DNA of 21,396 bases from Bugula neritina (Eukaryota; Animalia; Bryozoa). The DNA lies in contig CAXIUT010000034.1 of assembly GCA_964035545.1 (NCBI GenBank), positions 1-21,396 of the forward strand. The letters run 5' to 3'. The notes under the pieces are model-generated. The model made no database searches. It saw only the letters and a list, made by a program, of their open reading frames with translations, and was not told the DNA's origin. This document shows positions 12,075 through 21,311 of this stretch, piece after piece. Position numbers and translations under genes: made by a program. How positions within the stretch are numbered: position 1 is the stretch's first letter; every line of letters starts with the position of its first letter.

Positions 12075-13928
12075 TCATTTTCTATTTCTTTCAAGAATTC
12101 CATGAATATTGGAATATTCTGCTTCTTTAATTTCCCAAAGATGAATAACTGAAGGATTAATATGCATTAACTTTTGTTTTAACTTTCGATTTTATTGCTA
12201 GATCATTCCATAATTCGAAGATTGATCTCTTAAATTAGCAGACATATCTCTCAATACAGCATTTTCTTTCATTTGTCTCTCTATCTAGGATCTCAAAAAT
12301 ACATTTTATTCTTTCATAGTCTTCAATTAATGCTCATATCGACTATAGTTCAGTTGAGCAGCTGATTGAACTTCACCTATCTTAGCTTCAGTTTTGGCAT
12401 CATTTTTTATCAAAATAGTATCTTTTTATTGAACTATTTGTTTATATTTTTGTAATTATTACATCAAATGTAATTTTTAATTTACTTATTTTTGAAATAG
12501 TTGCTATTTACTTCCTATCTTTTATTAATAATTTCTACTTTCCATTTTGATAGACTAAACTTGAAGTTTAAATCCTTCTATCATAAATTTTAAACCATCA
12601 TTTTATTTTCTTAACTCAGAATTTATTGCCATTATCTAATCTAATTACCCTCTCAATAACTTAAGTCCTACTTCCTGAGAAGGAGGAGTTTGAACTGATG
12701 TTTCTCCTAACTTTTTAACAAGTAAACTCAACTAATGCTTTTAATGCCTAATTCTATCCATTTATTTCTTTAATTACTATATCATTTTAGTATATTATTT
12801 CAATTAAACAATATTACTTTTTCTTTAATTTAACACTTTTATCTGATTTTAATAATCTTTTAACTTCCCCTAAATACCATTCATATAATTTTGCATTAAT
12901 ATTTTATCTTATTTCAATTGATTATTTTCAACTCTCAAATCAGCTATACTTCTCTTAACTACCTAAGATTCCACCATATCACTTTACAGGTTTTTTAATT
13001 AATCAACATAAGAAAAACTATCAGGCATTTTTTAAATCTCATCAAATGATTCTTTTACATTTTTTTGTGAAGATTCAATAAATCTAAGTATTTTAGAAAA
13101 TGATTTTTGAATCTATTACTATGTATCAAGATCATTTATTGTTATCTTTGTTCGCATCTTCAAGTTGCTATAGACTTTTTCATGATGGGTTGATAATTTT
13201 TTTATTTAGACTATTAAACTATCATATGGTAAGTTTAATTTCGAATGAGAAAGAGCTATAGGATTTTCACTCAATCCTTTTTGCATACTTGATTTCTATT
13301 TATTAACTTCTTCGTATTTTAGTCGATAATTTTATTTTTAAGATAACAACTATCTGATTTTCTGCTGAAGTTGTTGAATTTAATGATTAAGCTTTTTTAT
13401 TTATTAATTCTTTTTGTTTTTCTATTGTTGAAATTGCATGTTCATTCCTTTCACTACTTCTTCACCATGTAGATGTTGATTTGCGCGCGCTTACTGAGCA
13501 ACAAAATTGACTTTCTGTAAAAGAACATTTCTCTCACTCACTAGTTGCATTTAACTGTTACGTCTGACTTATAACTCCTGTTCTAGAACTTTTATTTTTT
13601 GATCTTGAAATACAAGTTTTTAATTAGATCTTTCTTTATCTTTTTACATCACCTTTCTCATTTTATTTAGTTCAGCTATTTTTTCAAGATTGACATTAGT
13701 AATATTTTTGATATAAGGTATATTCGCTTCTATATTTTAACTCATCTGTCTGAGTTAAGTTTGAGTTAAATTTGATGTTTATGCTTCATTTCTCAAAACT
13801 TTAAGTACCTAAAGCTGAGTCAGTTTAATTTTTTCAAGAGCATGTTTCAACTATGAAGTTGATTTCTTTTATTGTTTTTGTGGTATATGAGGCTAGCTTG
13901 AAAATGAATTGTTGTAAATAATACTCAT
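12075..13928 (-). CDS. Uncharacterised coiled-coil protein, 617 aa, intronless
   Basis: ATG 13928 to TGA 12077-12075, with no in-frame TGA seen. Composition is E/K/Q/L-rich and heptad-like (e.g. QDQKIKVLEQELEVRRNSEMQLVSERNVLLQK). No family recognised. Confidence 0.8.
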
Positions 13929-13951
13929 ATCTTAATAATACAACAATTTAA

Positions 13952-15784
13952 TCATTCGTATAGTATCCTTTTGATTCTTTCCACATTGTTAATTGCTGTC
14001 TTCTCAATGTTCATTTCTACTGCTTTTCCCACTAAAGAATGCTTCAAGCCTCCCTAGCTATCTTTCTTTGTACATATTCTCAATTTGTACTGTCCATACA
14101 ATCTCTTCTCAGCTTCTTCTCTCAAAAGATCCTCACTATAATGACTTAGATCTTAAATTGGAATTCCTTTGAATATTTCTTGAACAAACTCATCGAATGC
14201 TGTGGTCCATATTGATCCCGTAATATCTGATAATTCAATAGGAAGAATAAATTTTCTATGAGTTTTATCGTTATAATGACCACAGTGCATACACTTACTG
14301 AACTCATCTGTTCCTTTTTTGCATTTAGGATTGTTACAAGCTTAATAAAACCATTTACCCTTAAAACTAGTATGACTGAGCCACACTTCAAGGTCAGAAT
14401 AAATAGGATCCACATCAATAAAGCTCACTTCAGTTTATAATTATCTTATATTCTTTCCATACTTCTCTTTCCCATTAGTTGCGATCTCTTTGACGCTGTA
14501 GAAAGGTGAATAGTCATTTTCTGTTAGTTTATTTTAATAAGCTGAAAAAGGATGATTTGGGTGAGGTTTTATTTCTGACTTGAAGAGTGAATTGATAGAA
14601 CGTGTGTCTCTATAATCATTAACTTTAAAACTTTTGAGTTTAACTGTTTTATTGATCCAACTTTCTTCAATAACCATTTCTTTATTCCAAATAACAACTT
14701 CAATTGACTTTTTAATTTCAGGATCACCAATAATAAGAGCCTTCTTATAGATTGTTCTGCTATCTTTATCAAAACTTCTTTCTTATCCAATGCTAAGTAA
14801 AATTCCTACAATATCAAATTGTCTATCCAAATTCCAGGTATCATTAAGAATATCAACAAAGGACACATATGAATCTTTTGTATCTCTAGGAATAAGAGGA
14901 GTATCTTTAAGAGGAATAAATTGAGTATTTTTTGTAAAACTGATATTATATTTAGAATATTTCTATCCTCTATTCTGATTGTAACTTTCTTCTCTGATCT
15001 GTCCTCTTGATATTCTATAAATACCATAAACATGTATTATTTCATGATAGTCTTTAGCACAATCTCCAAACATAACTCCATCGATCTTCATCCCAGTTCT
15101 ATCTATCATAGTCATTGAAAATATCTTTGTTAGCTTTCCTGATTTACTGTTAAACTCTCTGTAAGATTTTTAAAGAACACGGACAACTATCTACCAAGCA
15201 CTTATGTCTGTAAACAAATCAGATATTTTATCAAAATTTTTAAGTTGATTTCCATCTAAAGATGATGGACTATTATCTTCACTCTAAACTTCAAGTTCCA
15301 TCATATCACCAGAGTTATAAACAGGCATTTTTTGAGTTGAATTTTGATAGTTGACAGGCTGAATAGCTTTATTTTTATTATAAGATATTTCCCTTTTATC
15401 AGTCATCATTTTATCTTTCTCCTAGAATTTAACTTCTTTCTTGGGAATACTAGCAGTTAGATCACTGTTAGAACGAGGATAAGATAGAGGTTTATAACTT
15501 AAGATCTCAATAAAGATTTTACTCGATTTGGTATGGGTTGTAAAAGAGTCTATTTCTATAAGGTATTTGTCCTAAGAGGGATGCTTTTGAGCATGTTTTC
15601 TGATGTCCATTTCTGGTTTATCGAGATCGATAATTCCTTTAGCTTTATCCTTTCCATCACTAATCTCTAGCTTGATAGCTTCATTGACATTTTTGAAATT
15701 GAAGACTTCAACAATGTACTTTTCATGATTACCACTTTTTTGTGATTGCATGTCTGCGATAGCGTTTTAGGTGCAAAGAGTCAT
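13952..15784 (-). CDS. RPA1: Replication protein A large subunit (RPA1/RFA1 family), 610 aa
   Basis: ATG 15784, TGA 13954-13952. N-terminal OB: IKLEISDG. DBD-A: ISDL...WEIVVRV...KIFSMTMIDRTG.KIDGVMFG...GIYRISRG. DBD-B: FDIVGIL...IGD...SIEVVIW. DBD-C with Zn ribbon: WFYEACNNPKCKK...KCMHCG...IELSDITGSIWTTAFDE. Orthology to RFA1 versus a ciliate paralog is not resolved. Confidence 0.88.
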
Positions 15785-15881
15785 TTAAGATAAATATTAT
15801 GAGCGGGATAAACCTTATAAACTATATAATAGACCGCTTTCATCGACTTTAAATATCATATTTCATATTCAATTTAAATCA

Positions 15882-16700
15882 TCAATCATTTTTCAACTCT
15901 TACTTTCCCTCTTTTCCCTTCAAATAACAATATTAACTATATTATGACTGATATACTTCTTTAGTTTGGATGAAATATTGATATACCTAAAAATAAAAAA
16001 TGACGACACCAATATAACTATTGACAACGTCAAATAAATATAAGATTACAAGTCGACCCACTTGAGGACTGGGTAGATTGGTCGATTGCATAGAGTATAG
16101 ACTAAATTATTTTAATAATACTTGCATTCATTGATGAGTAAAGAACAACTTAGCATATTACAATGAATATTCTCTATTTTTTGAAGCAGTATTTATTGAA
16201 ATAGAAATCAATTCCCAAGAGGACTAGAGGAACAACATGCAATAAGGCAAATAAAAAGAGTATTCCAGCTATATATCTTATAAAATACGTGGTTGTATTT
16301 TTCTATCTAGATCAAAAAGTAATCCCCAGTATAGAAGAGTTATAGGTACTGATAGACTAAAAGCTAATTCAAATATCACTTCAATCCAATATTTAAAATA
16401 ACATTTCCTTTTTTTTTAATTATTCTATGAGATTTTGAAGAGATCGTCTTGACAAATTAATCCAAAATATAACCAAGCTAGTTTAAGATCATGTAAGGTT
16501 AGATATTTAATCAGGATAAATATCGTTGGAGAGATTATAAGTTAGATAAAAACTAATATAGAAAGGATAACGAAGCTTATCCATCGAGTTAGTTTTAGTT
16601 TTTTTCTAGAACAGCATTGATCTCTTGATTCATGAATATCTCCAAGTTAGCTAGAATCGAAAAAATAGTTCCATAAGTTGTTCGAAGATGATCTTCTCAT
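15882..16700 (-). CDS. Multi-pass membrane protein, FAR-17a/AIG1/Rolling-stone-like, tandem paralog B, ~252 aa, three 20-nt introns (16269-16288, 16102-16121, 15937-15956)
   Basis: Spliced translation: MRRSSSNNLWNYFFDSSELGDIHESRDQCCSR...KYLTLH...IFELAFSLSVPITLLYW...LLHVVPLVLLGIDFYFN...YTLCNRPIYPVLKW. It is collinear with paralog A and shares three intron positions and phases. Ends TGA TGA. Confidence 0.8.
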
Positions 16701-16792
16701 TTAATATTTTATATTTAAAAATATCAATACTAATACATACTATAAAGAAAGATCGAATAAAAAATTAATACTATTTCATCAAAATGATTTTA

Positions 16793-17607
16793 TCAACTAT
16801 CAACTTAGTCCTAAATAACATCATGACCTGAAAACTATCTTAATAATAATAATAAAATACCTATTTAAACAATAATTAGAAGTAACAAACCTTAGAACAA
16901 GAAAAGTTACTATTACAATAGTATAGATAACAATAGCATAGATAAAAGAAATACTGTCATTCCATTTCAAAATAGGATAAATAGGCTACACTTTCAAAGT
17001 ATAAACTAAATAGATAAATTAGTACTGAAATTTATAAAGAGATAAGCTGCTCCAAATACAATAATAATCAATAATCTTGGCAACTTAAAAGTAAATCGAT
17101 TGAAAATCAAATCAATAAAGAGAAATATAATAGGAACAGAATGTTCTAAAATAAAAAGAATGAGATAAGCAGCTGAAATAAGAATTGATTACTTTTCAAT
17201 CTTTTCACATCATATGAAAACAACAAAAACCAATAAACTAAAGTAATAGGAACAGCAAAAGTGATTGCCATTTAGTAAAATAGTTCAACCCAATATTTAA
17301 GACTATTTTATCAACATTTTTACTTTAAACAAATACGCCCATTTTCAAATTTACTAAGAATAAAATCAAAAACAGCCAATCCAAAATACATCCAAGCAAG
17401 ATATAGTCCATGATGAGTCAGATATTCAACCACAACAAAAAAAGATTTGCTGATCACCACCTGCCAAAAATAAACTGCACTGATTAGCAACCATCCTATC
17501 AACCGAAACACCCATAATACGTTTCTAGAACAGCATTCAGTTCGAGGTTAGTGAATGTCTCCAAGTTACTTGCCAGAAAAGAAGTATTCCCACATCGATT
17601 GAATCAT
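16793..17607 (-). CDS. Multi-pass membrane protein, FAR-17a/AIG1/Rolling-stone-like, tandem paralog A, ~243 aa, four introns (17303-17323, 17173-17192, 17006-17025, 16839-16860)
   Basis: Spliced translation: MIQSMWEYFFSGKELGDIHEPRTECCSR...EYLTHHG...FYEMAITFAVPITLVYW...LEHSVPIIFLFIDLIFN...YTLKVEPIYPILKW. The YLT / VYW / H..P....D / PIYP.L.W pattern is typical of this superfamily. Confidence 0.8.
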
Positions 17608-17641
17608 TTTAAAATAATTCTTTAATAATAAATCAAACACA

Positions 17642-18072
17642 TCATCTATTACCAACATCTCCCAGTCCTCGAATTCTTCTTGCCAACTGCATATCTTTGC
17701 TCATTAGAGTTACTCTCTTAGCATGAAGAGAACAGAGATAAGAATCTTCGAAAAGACCAACCATGTAATTTTAGGCACTAACTTGAAGAGCCTCCATTCC
17801 AAAGAAGTCCAACGCTTCTTATCTTCAAGAATATCAGTACAAATCTCTTTCACTAGTTTGTGGAAAGTTGATTTTGGCATGAGAAGATCAGTTGAATTTT
17901 GAAGGCGTTTGATATGAGCTAAATGTGCATTTCTATTCTTCATTTTTTGTTGAAAAACAAATGGATTTTGACGCGCTTAGTGCTTCATTATCTATTTCTT
18001 GTTTGAAGTCGGTTTTAAAGGATTGAAACGTGGAACTCCGATACTCTTTCTTGAACCGCCCTTCTTATCCAT
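17642..18072 (-). CDS. Centromeric histone H3 variant (CenH3/CENP-A-like), ~143 aa, with a 1-nt frameshift at 17801-17803 (sequence error, pseudogene or recoding)
   Basis: ATG 18072, then a divergent basic tail and [41 protein letters not shown] second frame continues [45 protein letters not shown] to TGA 17644-17642. CenH3 hallmarks: H3 Q68 replaced (FHKL), RF->RW, loop 1 one residue longer, FEDTN->FEDSY. Confidence 0.82.
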
Positions 18073-18383
18073 TTTAATTTAAATTATCAGTTGTTTTGTC
18101 ATTCAAGTCAAATTAGTCAAAATATCACAAATCAAAAATATTCATAAATAAAATCCTTTGATGCTCTTTGAACTTTAATATCATCGTCAACTGATTTAGC
18201 AATAAATATTAAGATATTTAAAAGGAAAGTAATGCTAGCTAAATTTAATCAAAATGTTTATCACAGAGTTTAAATCTTAGATAAAATTAGAGAATATTTC
18301 AAGTCTTGTTTTCAATAGACTCATAATTCACATAGTTTCTTACATTAGAATAATTTAATAATAGATAATTAAAATCATACAAA

Positions 18384-19898
18384 ATGAATCTTATTACAAT
18401 CTTGCTAATCTTCACTTCCCTTCTTTTCACTCATTCTATCAGAGTCGATCCTTAAAACTCACTCTTCGTAGATCAATACAACAGATATAGCATCTTCCAT
18501 GGAGTCAATGCTGTCTACAAAACACATCCTTTTCATCCTAACCTAGTAGAATTCTCAACGAACAGCAGTCTGACCGACCATGATCTTTTGAACCTTAAAA
18601 ACTGGGGCATGAATGCCATCAGACTACACGCTGCCTGGTAAGGAGTTGAGCCTTAAAGAGGAGTTTATAATTATACATATGTAGAAACATTAAGATAAAT
18701 AGTCCAAAAATGCAATAAATTTGGTATCTCAGTCATTCTCGATGCCCATCAAGATTTGTTTACAAAGCAGTTTTGTGGTTAAGGATTACCTGTTTGGGTT
18801 GCTAAAAGATAAACATTTCCAGCACCTCTTAAAGTCAAACTCAGATATGACTAAAAGGGATTTCCTCTTATCGAAGACTGTCTTAAAATATAATTTGCTG
18901 AATACTATCTTACATATGATCTCATGAAATTCCAAAAAGATCTATTTTCAAATTAAAGAGGACTTCTCGATCATCTCTGTAAATTTTGGGAACTTATTAC
19001 AGCCTATGTAGGTAGTGAGCCCAACCTCATTGGATATTAATTTATCAACTAACCAATAGGAGCAGATGCTTATGTCAATCCAGGTGATACAATTCTTCCT
19101 GGAGAATCTAATAGTAAATATTTGTTACCAGCTTATAAAAGAATTTTACAATCTATAAGAAAACTTGATAAAAAGACTCCTATTTTCTTTGAACCAAGTG
19201 TTATCGATGTTTTTGGGGGAGGATTTGTAGATACTCCTGGAGGAAATGATCAACTATAAACTCAAGTTTTCAGTTATCATGTCTACTGCCCACTAGTGAC
19301 TAAACTTGGAGAACCTGTATCTACCAAAGTATGTCAAGCATTTGATGCTCTTGAAGTAGCTTCTAAATAACAAAATGTAAATTCAATGAAGATAGGTGGT
19401 TTTTTGACAGAATTTGGTGCTCTTTCAAACAGCATCAAAAGTGCAGAATAAATAACAACAATAACTGACTTCACAGAAATGCATTTTAGAAGTTGGACTT
19501 ATTGGCAATTTAAATACTACAATGATATCACAACTGCTGCTCGACCTGGGACTACCTAATCTTTTTACGATGAGTATGGAAATCTTCAAAGTAATAAAGT
19601 TAAAGCTCTTGCCAGACCTTATGCATATTCTATTTGTGGAATTCCAATAAGTTAGTCTTTCAAAAAAGGAGTATTTACTCTTAAATGGGTTGCTAGTGAT
19701 GATTGTTATAACAAAAAGACTTAACTCTTTATGAGCGACTCTTTCTATTATCCAGCTGGCATGAATGTAAAATTTACAAAAAATTGTGAAAATTGTTCAG
19801 TTAAACTACTAAAAGGATAATAATTAAATTTCTATGAAGTACATTTGAGTTCTAAATCACTGGGAAAGACTATATCAGTAACAATATCTCCAAAATGA
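18384..19898 (+). CDS. Secreted/lysosomal glycoside hydrolase family 5, endoglycoceramidase-like, 504 aa, intronless
   Basis: Signal-peptide-like MNLITILLIFTSLLFTHS, then FHGVNAVYK, WGMNAIRL..AWEGVEPERGVYNYTY and ILDAHQD...FCGEGLP. The acid/base motif is GYEFINEP (Glu=TAA 19050-19052). Further motifs: FFEP, SYHVYC, nucleophile FLTEFGA, SWTYWQFK, LARPYA. TGA 19896-19898. Confidence 0.93.
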
Positions 19899-19919
19899 TA
19901 ATGATATAAATCATAAGAA

Positions 19920-21069
19920 TCAATTTTACTAAATCATTTTATCTTCTTGAATATCAAGAACAAGCTATCCTTCTTCTTCCTCTTCAAGGCACATCTTTTC
20001 CTCTTTACTCTTATCAAAAGAAAAACCTAAATAAAATCATAATATACCTTCATAAGCCTTACCTTCCTCAGACTTAAGCGAAGCATCATTGTAGGATTAT
20101 ACCTAACATTGTGTAAATTCAGGATCAAAATTTGATACATCAGAATATGATTTAACAAGAGGAATAAATGGAGCTTTCAATTTTTTATTTTATAAAGCTG
20201 TCCAATTTATACTTTAAAACCATGGATGATTTTTTATTTCAGTTGACCCATTTTTACTGCCAAGGCGATTATCAGGTTTTTTCTGGAATAGCCCTTCAAG
20301 AAGATTTCTCAATTTATGGCTAACATAGGGAGGAATATTAGGATTACTAAATTTGATTTTATCGAAAAGTTAAGGTCGACTTTTGGAATAGAAAGGAGGC
20401 AAACCTACAACCATTTCATAGATCAAAGAACCAAGACACCACCAATCAACTGGTTTACCATGTCCTTGTTTATATAAAATCTAAGGTGCCAAGTATTCAG
20501 GAGTTCCGCAAACAGAATAAGCATTGCTATCTGCAACTTCCATTTTTGAAAGTCCAAAATCAGTTAGTCTGAGATACCCTGCCTCATCAATCAGAATGTT
20601 TTCAGGTTTTAAACTATATTATCAAAAATTTACTCTCGATAAATAATATCTCTGCCATGTAGATATTAGATAGCTAGAATGATTTGAGCTGCATAAAATT
20701 TGGTTCTGACTAAGGGTATAAGTACTGTTATTCTGAGAGTCTTTGCTTTTTCGAGAGAAGACCAAAAAGTTATCCACCTGGGCAGTATTCAAGAATGAAG
20801 AAAAGTTTTTTTTAATTTTGGAAAGAGTTGTAAAGTTTAACAATGAAAGGATGATTCATACCAACAAGGATGTTACGTTCTGTCATCACATGATTTTATT
20901 GTTTTCTTTTTTATATGTATTTTTTCTTGAGAATCTTCATAGCATAAACTTTATCTGAGTCTTCTCCTTTCTTCTTGACGAGGACCACCTTAGCATAAGA
21001 ACCTTTGCCAATAACAGAGAGAAGGTTAAATTTATCAAGAGTTAACAGCTGCTGACTGGTGATTTACAT
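19920..21069 (-). CDS. AGC-group Ser/Thr protein kinase (Akt/SGK/S6K-like catalytic core, no PH domain), ~362 aa, introns 20706-20725, 20614-20633, 20027-20047
   Basis: [51 protein letters not shown] (split by an intron), [19 protein letters not shown] (last E=TAG 20483-20481), [19 protein letters not shown] and hydrophobic motif YEGFSF. TGA 19922-19920. Confidence 0.95.
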
Positions 21070-21311
21070 CGGTAAAATAAATAATAGAATGGACTAGCAT
21101 AGAGATTGTCATTTATAGTCAAACTATATATTGAACTGAATATTTATTTTCATAGGAAATCATATTGATTTGAATATGGTATAATAATTAGAGTATTTTA
21201 GTTTCAATAAGACATATTTTAATCATTAAACTCATATTTATGATAATTAAAACTATTAATTTCAAAAACATTTATTTTCAATTGATAGTTGATAGTTTTA
21301 AATCATAACAT
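21070..21311. promoter_or_regulatory. AT-rich subtelomeric spacer holding the promoter/5'UTR of the AGC kinase gene
   Basis: 242 bp lie between the kinase ATG and the first telomeric repeat, and no other gene is evident. The promoter assignment is positional inference. Confidence 0.55.

Noticed and set aside
15948-16430. Coding-looking plus-strand fragments suggesting a pseudogene
   Set aside because: They are explained as the antisense of the intact minus-strand paralog B.
28-20958. The short ORFs in the supplied six-frame track taken as independent genes
   Set aside because: They were computed with TAA/TAG as stops. Four are fragments of real genes (3008-3190, 3875-4078, 17320-17511, 17710-17943). 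The rest are antisense or off-frame shadows.
1-21069. Standard ciliate code (table 6, UAR=Gln), or a split code in which UAA and UAG differ
   Set aside because: TAA and TAG each independently occupy invariant Glu positions, and conserved Gln positions use CAA/CAG.
787-21069. Context-dependent sense use of TGA (Trp/Cys/Sec) as in Condylostoma, Blepharisma or Euplotes
   Set aside because: I found no internal in-frame TGA in any spliced CDS, including the ~2,400-codon USP. Conserved Trp residues use TGG.
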